From positions 27,025,972 to 27,089,971 of the forward strand of contig OZ316891.1 of assembly GCA_973895155.1 (NCBI GenBank): DNA of 64,000 bases, given 5' to 3'. This stretch comes from Marsupella aquatica (lineage: Eukaryota > Plantae > Marchantiophyta). Position 1 is the first letter of the stretch; each line of letters begins with the position of its first letter. Positions 26,422 to 39,800 of the stretch are shown here, in pieces. Both the position numbers and the translations under genes were made by a program. Below the pieces are notes generated by a model. That model was not told the origin of the DNA, searched no databases, and worked only from the letters and a program-made list of their open reading frames with translations.

Positions 26422-27050
26422 GGTCGTTCGTTCGTTCCAACCAATCAATCAATCCCACCTACCAGCGTGCCTGCTCGACAGAGATCGATCGATCACTTCA
26501 CAGCTGCGAAACGGAGGAAGGAATTCCTCGACGTAAGTCGCAAAATTTGATCGCTCGCTCGCTCCGCTCAATCGATCAATCGATCAATCAATCAATCTAA
26601 TCAGTCACTCACTCACTCGCAGCAATCAGCCGAGCTGAACGAAAGAAGCGAAGCCTAGGCTATCCCAGCGAAGACGTCGAAAATCGACGACGACACGAAT
26701 GAACGGATTTTCAGTGTCGTAAAATTTCAAAACCAAATATTAGCCCCGAAATTGGTTAAACCCAAAATGTCACAAAATGATCGCTTCGCTTACTCAAATA
26801 CTCACAACGACGACGAACACAAACAGAGTAGAGCTAAAATAGGATGCGAGTGAGAAAAAATTTAAGAGCTACAAAGGCTAAGTAGACGAGACTGGCGACG
26901 AACGAAGAGCGCGCCCGCCCTCCGGTTTTGCTATTGGGGCCGCGGACACAAGGGAGGCCTGTGATTGGCGGAGGGCACATAGGCACGGATCGATGATTTT
27001 ACGAAGATTAGTAGTTTTCCGTCCGATCTGAGTTAATCGACGGTTCTTTA
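26422..27050 (-). promoter_or_regulatory. Histone H1 5' leader and promoter region
   Basis: Directly upstream of the ATG. Contains ATCG/ATCA/CTCG microsatellite-like runs, a GC-rich patch and a CCAAT box on the gene strand (GATTGG at ~26963). The TSS cannot be placed. Confidence 0.5.
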
Positions 27051-28042
27051 CTGCGCTCTTTACACTGACAGAGGACCCGGCGTCTCGTACTGAGGGATCC
27101 TAGTTCGTTCTCATCCGCTCCAGCATTGTGAACCAGCATTTGAAGTTTTATGCACCTTCCAGACCTCAGGTTGGTGTGCTTTCCACTTCACTTTTCCACC
27201 ATCAATCTTGCAGTATATGTGGCCAAAATCTGATTTCTTTGGCTTGAAATGAAGACCAGGAGCTAGGCTATCTATTACAACCTATACCAAGACCTCTAAT
27301 AAAGAAATGAGACTATGGTACTGTGTCAAAGTGAGGCAACCCATATTGCGTTCGAAACGAAGGGTGTTGAGGTTTTGTTGATATCTCAAGATCTATATGA
27401 GCATCAAATCTAGTTTTTTTTTGGTAGGCGTGTTTCTAGGTCACCTTACTCCATGCTCAAGGATTTCCAGGAACAAATCTAGACTAAGATTATGTCAAAA
27501 TCAATGCTAAACGGCAACACCAAACACACGAGAAGAGAAGGTCTTCCAAACCTTTCCATTTCATGGTCCTTGGTGCATCTAAAGTGAAGCACATGGCTCC
27601 CTCACTTCAAAAACATGGGGATCTTCATTATTCATTAAAATCCTGCTAATGTTTGAGTGAGTTGGCATTCAAAATCACAACAAAAGTTGGACAATAGCCA
27701 CTTGAGCACTTTGAGGTGGTTGGTTCCTTTGCAAACATGTTCCTTGCCCTCACCATTGAAGAAATCCTTATTCTTGGTTCCAAAAGTGTTTTGCAATACA
27801 TCCCTGAGATGAATCTGTGAAAGTTTGTGAGACCCTCGATGCTTACCAGGCAACTTACTACGGATAAATAGAAGACCTTGACCATAGAACTCCTTGCCAA
27901 AATACAAACAACAAAATCTTTCCAAGTTGAACTTCTTGTCTTGGGCTCTAGGAATGTTCATATCCATCTTGATTGGAGTTCTTCATTGCCTCCTAGCCCC
28001 CAAAAAGATTCAAATAGTAATCTCTCCCTAAAGCAATTCAAT

Positions 28043-28138
28043 GAGCCGACCTAGGTTCAATCCAAAGTTGAAGTTAATTAAGAACTAAAGTAAGGATCCA
28101 AGTGGTGATTCAAGCAGAACAACTTTGCAGCTATGATT
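28043..28138 (+). repeat. Dispersed ~95-bp direct repeat, copy 1 (copy 2 at 29623..29714)
   Basis: TTCAATCCAAAGTTGAAGTTAA...AAAGTAAGGAT...TTCAAGCAGAA.AACTTTGCAGCTATGATT is present twice. Confidence 0.8.
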
Positions 28139-29622
28139 CAATCAAACAAACAGTAAACCATGCTCCAACCAGTGGGAGATCATTTCATTGTTGATAAGAT
28201 TTTTACAATAGTAGTTGAATAGGAAAATTTCCATGTGACCCCAACAAGGTTCCTACCAAAATAGAGAGCTATCCAATTCCGGCTTACTTTGAATAAAAGG
28301 CGTTATGGGGCTTAGATTTGGTACTGTATCATCAGTGCCTTGCCAATCTGCAGGCTTGTTCTATAGTAGTTGATCCAAGCATGATGCCATGGTTAGTGAG
28401 TCTTAAACATTTCATAGGGTTAGACAGTTAAGATTCTTCTCCCTTGATAGCAAACCAATAGCTTGTAGCTACCATTTTATAGTTGTTGTATAATTTGTTT
28501 GAAGATGGCAGCAAGTTACAAAATGGCAAGCTGAACCAAGGGTAGTTGTGTATGCATTTAAGCTGTGCAGAGTGTGATTTAGGCATGTAGTGATGATTTG
28601 TGTTGATGAATTGAGCACGTAACAGGTTTTTGGAGGTGTGTATGAATGCAAGAAGCTTTGGTGAATAGACTGCAACACCTGTGAAAAAAGTAGGCAGATT
28701 CAGATCAAAATTCCAGATGCACTACTGTAGTCATTAATCTTGTCTCTAGAGGTCTCAATTAGAGAGGTAGCAATGTGGAGAAGGACAAGAAGTGGTTCAT
28801 TAGGGACTCATGTATCAAAATGTTACAGATGTGAACCTGTAAAGTTTTTTCTCTAACTCATGCAAATTTTGCGACTAAACTCTATGCCTGTCTCTAAAAT
28901 GCAAGTCATACAAGTTATAGGCCTTGAATTGATCCTAGATGTTCCTCAAGCTTGACAACAACCTTGCTGACATATAGTCCCTTTGGAAGCATTTCAATTC
29001 TGGTCTTTTAGGTCTTTAGCAAATTGTAATCTAGGATGAAAAGGCATACAATTCCAATAGGAGTGGTGTGCAGGTTTTGCTTCATTCAGTAATAAGTACC
29101 ACAAAACCGTTCAGAAGGGCTTTTTGTAACATTAGACAACTTTGGTTCAGTAGTGCTTACTATAGAGACATGCAAAGAACACGCATGAAATAATTTTTTT
29201 CTTGCAGCACCTTAACTAAAGATTTCCACACGTACAAGGAGAGAAGAGGCTCAGTCACATTGTTGGAAGTGGTGAATATGCTGAGCCTGGGCTTAAGTTG
29301 ATCCAGTAATTATGGAGGTTTAAACCTTATTAGATATCAGTCTGAACCCGCCCATATCACTGAAGCTCAGACTCTTCACCAAAAGCAAACATATATCATT
29401 TTGGTGGCTGGCTTTTTTCTCTCAGAAGCCTCACCAAGTGAAAATTTACCTTGAAATATGCACGCAATTAACCTTGTTGAATCACTTTTCAACTCAGCAG
29501 CCCTGCTAAGTCATCTCAATGGCCTTGCTGAGTATGAAGGTTCCACATGGAAACAATTGATGGGAGCAATTGATACAGCTTGACAACTGTATCAATTGTC
29601 AAAATGGAGTTGCAAAACTCTT

Positions 29623-29714
29623 GAGCCAACCCAAATTCAATCCAAAGTTGAAGTTAAGAACAAAAGTAAGGATTCAAGCGGGGGTTCAAGCAGAAGAACT
29701 TTGCAGCTATGATT
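29623..29714 (+). repeat. Dispersed ~95-bp direct repeat, copy 2
   Basis: Matches 28043..28138 with scattered mismatches. Confidence 0.8.
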
Positions 29715-30914
29715 ACTGTGACCAGCTACAAGTGATTGTCTTTGCAGTGTATAAAGTTGACTGGTTCCCATGCGTTGCTTGTCTTATTGCATTGACAAAG
29801 AGTTTAAATCATAATTATTCTTGCTAAAATGGTAAGCCTATGTTTCTTGGTGGGAAAGATGTTAAAGAACATTGGCCTTCGACAAGTTTTTAAATGTTCA
29901 AATATTGGTAGCCTCTTCAGTTTCCCTATTCCAAAATTTCCAGTTTGGGGTTTGAGTTGAGCACAAACCAGCAGCATTTCATGGCAGGCTCATACATTCC
30001 AGTAATAGATGATCATCTATATCTATATTAATGGAAGTGGTTAGACAGTATGGGGAGAAAGTTGACCAAGTCTTAATTCTGCATTGTCTCAGTTGTCCTG
30101 GGTCTTGAGTGGAAGACTGAAAAGTTTTCTTGGTGGTCCAAGCAACCTAGATACCTATCTAGTGCCTCTGGCTTACCAAATGAAATGACTTGAGTTCAAC
30201 TATTACATTCAAGTTTGTCTTCTCTTACTGGCTACTTATTTTTGGAGTACTAAAATATTTTTTCATGATGCTTAAACTGACCGTTGTAAGTAGCAACTTT
30301 TGAGCTGGTTGTGACCCAAAGTCCATGAGATGGATGGATTACATTTTGAAGTCAAGCCACAAATCCAAGAAACTATACCACCAGCTATTATTGAAATCAA
30401 CTGATATCAGTTGTCACCTCATTTCAAAGACACAATTAAGATGACCTGGGCCCCCAAAATTCAACAAATTCAAGAAAAGGGTCATATCCCTCCTGTGTAC
30501 CAAACAGATGCCCATCTAAGCGAGGTCAGCCGAGATTGGCCCATGTTCATACCATCATATGATCCCATCATGCTCTTGGCCCACTTCTGTACCATATATA
30601 CCATCAAATCCACATCTATGCCATCATATGCCCTGTTCATATTGTACAGATGTCATGGGCCAATCTTGGCTGGCCTTGCCATTCGGTACAAATGCAATTA
30701 CAGATAACAAATACAAGCAGTTTTTTCAATGCCTTACACCTATATTGGCGAGATTAGCCAAGATTGAGCCGATATCAATTATAAAGCTGAGATCCATGAG
30801 GGTTTAAGGAGAGATGACTTATTGGTAAAATTGTGCACACATATCCCCAAATCCTTTGGCCTAACTAGCTTATTCAAAGCCAATAGGTGAGTTTGCATCT
30901 CATTGTGGCTGAAT

Positions 30915-32030
30915 CTTTTTTTTCAATGCAAGCCATGAAACCCCATGGGAAGGGAAACTAAAAAGGGCCAAACAAGAAGGGGACCAACCCCAAGAACAAG
31001 GGCCAGCAGCAGACCAACCAAAAAGAACCAACCAGCAGGAGAATGAAACAAAACCCAACCAAGCCAGCAACAAGGAGCCTTTTGAAAGAACAGCAGAAGA
31101 AAACCCAACACCTATCTAAGCACCTCTATCTAGCTAAGATCATAGAAACTTAAATGATTGGCAACCAATAAGACAGCAAGACCCAAAACCTTGCCCAAAA
31201 CTAAACAGAGTGTGCCAGCACAAGGAGCAGAGCAAGGGACCACTTAAAGTAAGATTGCACCTCAGAAGAACCAAAGCACAAGGAGGAGGAGGAGGAGTTT
31301 TGAAAGAGTCTGTAAATCATGTGGTTTACCAGCTTGAACTTCCTTGTTGGTTTATTTGTATCAGCCCACCTCCATTGCTTTGCTAATGTTATTCCTTGTC
31401 ACACCTTAGCCCCATTGCCTTGAATCATAGAGACAAAAGCCTGGCTATTCTCTCTTGTATCAATGTCTATTCCTCTGACTACCAATTTTATGCACAGTCT
31501 ATCTTTTCTCGACGTGAATCCCACGGATCTGCAATTCTTTTGATGCTGATTCTCCCACAGAACCTAGTAATAGAGTGGATCAGGGAATCTGGTTTTGCTT
31601 GGAAGCCATCTATACAGCAGACTGAATCCTCTACGCTCCACCAACCCGGCGTACCAGCCAAATACCAGAAGAAAACTAGATGATCCCTCAAAGGCTCCCA
31701 TATATTCCACAAACTCCTAGTGTACTTGAGCCCACAAAAAGCTTGGGATAGCAAAAAAGAAGATGATCTTCTGCTGTGTACCTGTTCCTCCTAATGATCA
31801 TGTAGTTCTTTTGAGAGTTCCTCCATTTGACTAGATCCAAATTTGCATTGGAAAGACACGCCTATTCTGAACAAAGATCATCTAGCGCCTTATTGAACAT
31901 AGACATGAAAGAGAATCAGAATTGAATGTCTCTTAAAAGCCTTCAGTCCCAGCTCCTTCAACTTTTGGTCTAGCCAGAGTTTTCCATGCCACCAGGGGGA
32001 TCCTTCTATCACCACAAGGATTAACTCCCC
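30915..32030 (-). mobile_element. Decayed 3' fragment(s) of an L1 LINE
   Basis: ORF 31488..31754 (YTRSLWNIW..LVFF..TPGWWSVED) aligns by eye with L1 ORF 919..1440 (YTGKLWNAW..LIFF..IPGHWSFED). A short T-run at ~30916 fits a poly(A) end. Confidence 0.6.
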
Positions 32031-32039
32031 ATAGAAAAT

Positions 32040-32342
32040 CTGAGGTATTTGCAACCGACAGGTTCAAACACTAACAGCAAACAATTACTTGTAACAGGAA
32101 AATGAGTAGTAGTTTTTTAGAACTGTTTTGAACCTTTTCTTTGAGATAATAATTATTTTATTTTTGGTTTAGTCAGTATTGTATTGCTAGCTCTCGGATC
32201 TAGAAATAGCAGCCCTAAAAAAAATGTCAAGTTTTTAACTATTTTGGAAAATTATATATTTAATGGTGCATTTTTAGATCGTTGTTTTTTCTGGTACCGG
32301 TAAACTTGTTTGCTGTTGCGGTCGCAATACCCAAAAATCCTG
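32040..32342. mobile_element. MITE-like element, same family as 36489..36825
   Basis: Inverted subterminal AACAGCAAAC/GTTTGCTGTT. Colinear internal similarity to 36489..36825 (GTAACAGGAAAATG, GCTAGC..AATAG, TTTTGGAAA..CATTTTTA). Confidence 0.55.
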
Positions 32343-35264
32343 TCATACAGCTATAATATATTGTCTTGGTCAGAGTTTCTGAAGAATGAAGAAACATCAT
32401 ATGGTAAACAAGGTTGGCTTGCAATACATGTTTGACAGTTAGTATAGTCCTACCAGCGAAAGATAAAAATATCGTAGACCATGAAGACTCCTATTTTATC
32501 AAGGCAAAAGGGATGAAGTTGAGGAGTACATAGCCCCCAACCCATGGCATGGGAGTGCCAAGATATCTCTATAATTCCCCACTGACATGCACTTACTAAT
32601 CAAACATCTACTGTGGGCACTAATCAGAAGAAAACTACCCTTTGTGAGACGCTCCCCTTTGTGACTTTTGGGAGACCTTGAGAAATATATGACTTCAAGT
32701 TTAGGGTACTAGTCATTTTAATTTACACCTATCCACTATTTTTTGGGTGAGGTTAGTGAAAGTCATTTCTACAACTTCTGAGAAAGCCACAATTGTAACA
32801 CTATAAGGTGAGTCATATGTAACGTATTCTGCATTACAACATTATGAAATAGAGTGCAACAAGCTCTACAATAATACTTGGCTCTATATCAAATTTTTAC
32901 CCCAACCATAGTTAAGTAATGACACTTTCTACCAGCTATACCAGTTCTGCTCTATACCATCAAACATGTTATGTGTACAGATCTTGCGCACTATATATCA
33001 TAATAGTATCTAGGTAATTATGACTATCCAGAGTAGCATTCCTTGCATGTAATGTGGGATGTAATGTACAAGAAACTCAGTGTGCACTTGAATCACATAG
33101 TGAAGTGTTTTGCATTTAGGAGTTTTGTACCCTTAATTAAGAAGTTGGAGCCCAGCTTATATACATATGACATTGGAGCCCGGAAGTTTAGGGTCATAAC
33201 TAATTATCAGGACCTTTTTTAATCATCCTAGCATAATTCACTATTATGCCTCTAGTGTGGCCACATCCCATCAGCCACCATGCATCTACCTAGGGACATC
33301 AAAGCTCATCAAATCTACTAACTCTAAATTGCCAAAGGAGTCAGGTTAGGGTTGAATCATTCCTTTCCTATGAATGTGGTTGATGCTTACACTAAACATG
33401 TGTAAGCAATAATGGTTGCCTTTGATCCCTTAACTGGTGGCAGGATGGTAATCATTACTGAGGGAACTCCAATACACGCCAATATGTTGGGCCTATAGTA
33501 CAAGCAACATCCGTTGATTCTGCTTTGAATTTGGTGCATTGTCAGTTGGAGTGTAGCAAGAGTGAGGGAAAGTTTGCTTTCAGTGCTGACTATTGAGCTG
33601 CCCTAAGTGTATACACTCCTTGCCATCCCCAGCTGCTCAAGTTTCTGCCTATACTCTCCACCTGCTCTAAGTAAGTGTATTGAGCTTGCCCTCACTCACA
33701 CCATTGAGGCTTTTGGTGCTGTCGCCACTATAAGTGTTGTTGCACGTTGGTGCTTGTAGACTATTTATGGTGCTACTACCTCCTGTGAGCTTGTGGCTGA
33801 TCAATCTAGGACACCTGAGCCAGGTCCAAGCATTGGTCCAAGCGCTTGGTATTGCTGCAAGAATAGCAAGGGATTTCTGGTCCGTTTGTTGCATTGAGAG
33901 TGCACTTTTGCATGGGAGTGGCAGTGTTGCGGTATTGAACAAGTTAGAGTCACATTCATGTGAGCTCAGCTCAGGTCTGGCTTCCAAGGAGGTGTTCAAG
34001 GTGATCAAAAAATAGTGACAGTGAGCCTGATCAGGTTTGGCTTTATAGGTCTGAAGGAGGTTGGACCTGCAACGTACCTAGGAGCTGTGAGCTGCATTAG
34101 AGTGCATCCAACATACTGGTGAGTCACTCTCACCCATATCACAACTTGGTGGGTAGATGCAGGTATGAGGTCCATTGGCTTGTTGCACAAAGGTCCGGAG
34201 AACTGAAGTTTTGAGCGGAATGAGTTGCTTAGGTGTGCACTAGATATGTTGTTGTGCCAAACCGTTTCAGCCCAGCAAATGGAAATGAGGAAGGAACCAA
34301 CTAAATACTCATCCCTTGTCGGTGGCAAGTGCTGAGCTGTTCAGGATGGATGTTTGGGTGAGAAGGAGATTCAGTTGGCTGGTGACTCATCATCACTTGA
34401 CTGGTGACTCTAAAGTGATAGCTACTCGAGGGGTAGTGAGCTTGATGGGGGAGATAGGTAGTGACCCGCCGTAGGACCAGTGATCAGACTCTCACTAGTG
34501 GCCTACTCGAGGGCACCCGTTGTAAGTTGATCGAAAGAGAAGATTAAAAATAAAGGAGTGTGAGAGTGAGCTTTGAAATATGCTTGTCGTTGGATCCGAT
34601 TGCAGCAAGAAGCAAGTCGCTTACCCGGGGTAGCCCTTAGACATTGTGACAACGTGGAAATGAGAGGTACATTTTTGTTGGATGCATTGGAACTGGTATC
34701 AATCAGCTTTTGTAATAGCAAGAATTGTTCAAAGAACTTTAGGGGGTTGTGTTGTCTCCATTGCATGCAGACTTGTTTTTCCATCTTTCAGCTTGGCCTA
34801 TGCAGTTCATAATTACATCAACATTCTTTGTTGATAGACATTCTTATCCCAAACATCAGGTGAACCCAGTTGAGTGACTCCAAGCCCACTGAACTAAACC
34901 AAGCTGAATGACGGAGAGCATGCTTGGCTACACTGAACTGTGTTGCATTGAACACATCCTAAGTAGCTTCTAGATGAAATTATACCTGGGAGCTAAAAGA
35001 AGGAAAGTGCAAACATTGAATTGCGATGCAACTTGGAACTTAGTAGTGTGGTCCCACACTGAGACTTCTTACACTGTTTGGATGTTTTCTCACAAAAACT
35101 TAAGGTTCGTGTAATTAGGTGATTATTCCAAAAGGAGAGTAAAAGTATGGAAAATCATAAAAAAAATTAAAATTTTAGAATTTATAAGATCCTCTTAAGT
35201 GGTAATAAGCTATTCCTAAGAGTTTCAAGGATGACTTAGAAGACAAGGAGGCAAAACAAGATGA

Positions 35265-35595
35265 TGGCTTGGACGTCCCTTTCTGAGGACGTCTCTTCCA
35301 TGACACCCTGGACATCAATTGACAGCGGCAGTGACAACCCATGATGACAACATATTGACATCCCTGATGTCCCTTTGCAAGGATGTCCACCCGCTTAAGC
35401 CATAGATTGGACAGTCGCCAACCCGCGCATGACCCTGTCTTTTCCTAGTGACATCCCTAACATCCCTTTGTAAGTAAGTCCAAGATATCCACTCCTTTTT
35501 GAAGACTTGATGACCCGACGTCCCTCGTGACCAAAGACAGCAAAACTGTAGGATGGCTTGGACATCCCCAAGTAAGGACATCTGGGATGTCACTT
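35265..35595. repeat. Cluster of GACATCCC/GGATGTC motifs in both orientations (probable MITE remnant)
   Basis: About ten GAC(A/G)TCCC-type motifs within 330 bp. Confidence 0.45.
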
Positions 35596-36488
35596 ACCCA
35601 AACCCTAAATACGGCCAAGACGGCATTGAGACAACTTCTCAAAAACGTTGTGGACCTTGTTGATGGTTGACGATGGAGGCAAGAGATTTAACTTCTAGGT
35701 CTCCTTTGTCTGTTCACCGTTTGTACTCATTTTTCTTGCTAAAGGAGCGTACTCACGGAATGTACATATAGCCCAATTATGAACTGACATTGATAAGGCA
35801 TAGAGGATCAAGTATTGAATCAAAGAAGCTATGGAGTCCCAAACTTTGCTTGATTAGTGCTCTTTTATTTGTTCGTCTTTTCAGTTCCATCTTCTCCATG
35901 ATAGCGTAGCTACCTCAAGACCTTGTGACTCTATTCTTGATCCCCAATGATCAGCTATTTAGGAGAATTTAATAGTTGAGTTTTCTCTGAATTTTAGAAA
36001 GCTATGGCTGCCCGGAGCTTACCAATTAGTAAGAGTGTTAGAATTGTTATACCTTCTGGTTCTAATGCTTACTTTGAGCTCTTGGGTAACTAAGTAGACA
36101 TGGGCTTGAGTCATTTGATTTTCTTCCATGGGACATGCTCCATGGATATATTGCTCATTGCTGATTTTCTTTGTGCACCAAGAGCCAAAACTTTTAGAAG
36201 TTCCACTAGAGGTTCTCCCGATGTTTGCACTCTTGGTGTAGTTTCTAAGGTTTATCAGTTGAGTTAGGAGGGAGAGAGGTTTATTCTGTTGGGGAGGACT
36301 TGACAGCTTGTTACTTTTGAGGTGTTAGAGACCAGAGGACTGGTTGGAGGATTGATCAATGCAAGAATTGGGAACTAGCTCAATTGCTCTGTTTCGTAAT
36401 GCCCGTCTTTCATCCTACCAAGCCCATCAAGGTTATGGTCTACTTGGCTAGTTCTATTATTGCTTCATGGACTGACTCGGGGATTGAT

Positions 36489-36825
36489 CAACTGGGGAGG
36501 TGTTTACAAAAGACAGCAAACAGGAAACAGGATTTAATAATAGAAACTGGTAACAGGAAAAAAAACTGGTAACAGGAAAATGGGTGGAAATTTTTTTTGA
36601 TTTTTTTTTGAAATTTTTTTGCTAGCGCCCGGCGCTGCTAATAGTAGCGCCCAAAGCTAGCCAATGTTGCATTGTTAATTTTTTTGGAAATAACATGTTT
36701 TAGGAGACATTTTTAAATTGTCATTTTTCCTGGTAACAGTGATTTTTTCCTGGTAACAGCATTTTAAAAACAGGAAAAAAAATCCTGTTTACCTATTTCT
36801 TGTCTCCGTCGCTATACCCCAACTG
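36489..36825. mobile_element. MITE-like element with imperfect long TIRs
   Basis: CAACTGGGG..AGACA..AAACAGGATT at the left end versus AATCCTGTTT..TGTCT..CCCCAACTG at the right end. Repeated CTGGTAACAG motifs. Confidence 0.6.
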
Positions 36826-39800
36826 GGCCTTATTAGTTCTTTTGGAGGTGATCGCCAAGCAGGTAGTTGTTTTGACTTCTACTAGTTGTCGTGACATATA
36901 GTATCGTAGCCATAGTATATCGAAAACATACAAGTCACCGGCAATGCATATGTGCAAGATGCTAGCAACCAACATCCTTAGAAAAAGTCCAATCACATTC
37001 ACAAGTGCCAAGAAAAAGCAACTGAGGTGGTATGTACATAGTGGAGGTGTAAACCTCTATATATAAAAGGCGTAAGAGAAACAAGCGTACTGAAATCGAA
37101 TCGAAACCGGCGAGATGCCAAGATCGGCCGGGAGCATCTAACGAATCACTGTGTGAATCCCGTGTACGGAACCGACGAGCACTGTCTAAGCTCTGTCAAC
37201 AGCGATTCAAGAAGAACTGAAAAACGGCAAAGAAAAACATGCCCTAAGTAGGTCCGGGTCCAGGCATCACACTAACAAACACTTTGCTTCAAGAACGGCC
37301 CAGACTCGCTACAAGAACATGACACTAACTCAAGTAGTACACTAGCCCTAACTACATACCTAGCGGGCATGCGAGGGACATGCCAATGTGCACAAGAGGC
37401 ACTATCCCTCGGCATGACATAGTGACACTTTCTTGACACCTTACTTGGCACCACTAGAAGAAACCGAGCCATTCTGAGACCCAGCCTTACATGACTTGTG
37501 TGAGACCTTTGAAAATAAGTGACTCCAAGGTTTAGGGTGTCATCTTTGTTACATCTTCTTGACTCACTTTTGGTGAAGTTCTGGGAAGTCATGTATTTAA
37601 CTATTGGGAAAGTTGCTTCTGTAACTGAGTTAAGGCAAGTATATTGAAGTTATATAAGTGACCATGACTTACATGATTTCCTTGCCCAATACATATGATT
37701 TTGGATCCATCATATTAATCACATTATGTCATGCAATTATATATAGTTACCTCCCTTTGCTTTAACCATCACTGAGTTGCTCTTTATTGTTCCCCTGTAA
37801 GAAAGTATACATGACATTTTTACCCTAATTGAAGTTTAGGTAAGTAGGGCAAATTTGTGATTCTAGCTAGACAAGAACCAACCAAATTTAAGTTAACATT
37901 CATGTACACGGCCGCAACTGAGTTCAAAAAGGTGTGAAAATTTGTGCCATGCCCCCAAAAATAATGATGCACCCTAAACCCTAATACTCTACATACATAG
38001 TTACCTTAAAAAAGTCACCACAACCAATTAGTGGTACTTGTCACATACTGCTCACACACATATTAAAACTCACTTCATCCACTAACTCATTTTAAAAATT
38101 TGCTCTGCATATATACCCCATAATTAGCCAATATCAAATGGAACCCCCTTCATATGGGAATATTGAAGGGCCCAATTTAGGACCTCTTTTTCCTTAAGTG
38201 CACAATGCAATGCCGTTGCATCAATTTCTCTATCGGAAGCCCTCTTCCAATGAACCATGTTGCGCAATTGCAAGTTGATACCAAAACTTTTGACTGCCAA
38301 AAGCTTTTGTGGAGGGACTTGGAGAAAGAGAGAGTGCGCCCGCAAAGTGAGAGTCTTGTTGTTTCATGAGCGGGAAAGTTTTCACACACTAGTAGAAACC
38401 GGGGCAATTTATATGTCAAGGCTAGGGGGTGGCTGGGTTTTCACTAAAGGGGGTTTAGGGGGGGTTTGATGTCAAGGGTCGGGGGTTGCATGTTAAGGGG
38501 ATGGGGGTTTAGGGACCATTGGATCGTCGGCATCCATCCCCCCCGGTCCATTCTTCATCCATTTAACCCTCTTTTGCCAATGACTCCAAATGTCCAATGG
38601 GTTTTCAGAGGGTTTATGCTTGAGGAGGGTGAGTTTAAGGGTAGGTGTTGTTTTTTGCCATCTGGGTGACTTAGGATATTTATCTAACCCAATGACTATA
38701 CCCAAAATACCCAACTAAAAGCCCCCCCCCCAAAAAAAATGCATGCACCCTTGGTCTTAGTTACCGTTTAATCCTAACTGTGAACTTACGTCTAAATGTG
38801 TTAGGTGCTTGCAGAATGCCTATGAACGAGTCCTTCCAGTCGACTCAATGTTTAGGGTAAACGGATTTTGTAAAGGAAAATTGCACAAAGTGTCGACGGC
38901 TACCACTAGGGTTTTCCTTCACGTTTCTGCAAGGGAATCCAAGGCCAAACACTTTGCGCCCGATAATGCACTTTTCCTCAGTTGCTCTCGACTCTTGCAC
39001 CTGATCGCACTCAGTCAATACATTTAGCGCTTTTGGAGGTGGGATTTCATGTCATTGCGTAGGGCTTGGAGCTTCGACCTTTGCTATATGACCCATTGTC
39101 GACTGCAATCTCACTATAGGGTTTAGGTGGGCCCTAAATCTTACATTCGTCTTTCCTGTGGTGACAACGCGGGTGCTAAGGTGTATAGGAGCAAGGTTGT
39201 TGGGAGGTTTATCGCGGATGACTGGCGATTGGTGAGGCCTATTTGCATTCATCTCCACTATCATTGGGTACCCGAGATACAACGATCGACCTTCTATACA
39301 GAGGCGAGGAAGTGACGAGAACCTACAACTCTTTGCGGGAATGCGTGGTCTTCTGCTTACCTGATTGCCCTCATGCTTGACTGTAAATACATTAGTAAAG
39401 TTTTGCTTTGGCTCAACTTTGGTCTTTTTTGGCCTTGCGTGACTGCGCTCACTTCTCTCGGTTTCCAGTGTGTAGTTGGCTAAAGACCTGGATGTCATGC
39501 TGTGAGCGCAAGCTGCTAGTAGTTGTCCATAGCTTGGGGAAAGCGGTGGGGACTGAGGCCACAAAGGAGTTTGACCTGCGCTTTTTTTTCTTTGCAGCAA
39601 GAGCGAGAGTGAGACGAGTTGCAAATTGAGTTTCATTGAGCTGCTGCCCTGGGCTTGGCGGAGGTCCTACACTCTTGTGTCGCTCACTTGTTCAGCTCGG
39701 GGTTCAGCTGCGGTGGGAGCGGGCTTTTGGTAGTGACCTGTTCAGTTGCAGTGGGAGCTGACAACTTTGGTGGCTGTGGTGTTGAGCTTCTGAGGAGGGC

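Noticed and set aside
27635-27967. Short overlapping ORFs upstream of H1
   Set aside because: No recognisable homology or splice structure.
36888-37451. Possible LTR into which the CACTA element inserted (TG start, TATA-like motif at ~37057)
   Set aside because: No matching end, PBS or TSD could be identified.
38450-38515. GGGTTTAGGG telomere-like motifs
   Set aside because: Only a few scattered copies in G-rich sequence, not an interstitial telomeric array.
39052-39636. 194-aa minus-strand ORF within the CACTA element
   Set aside because: No domain or motif support; not reported as a gene.
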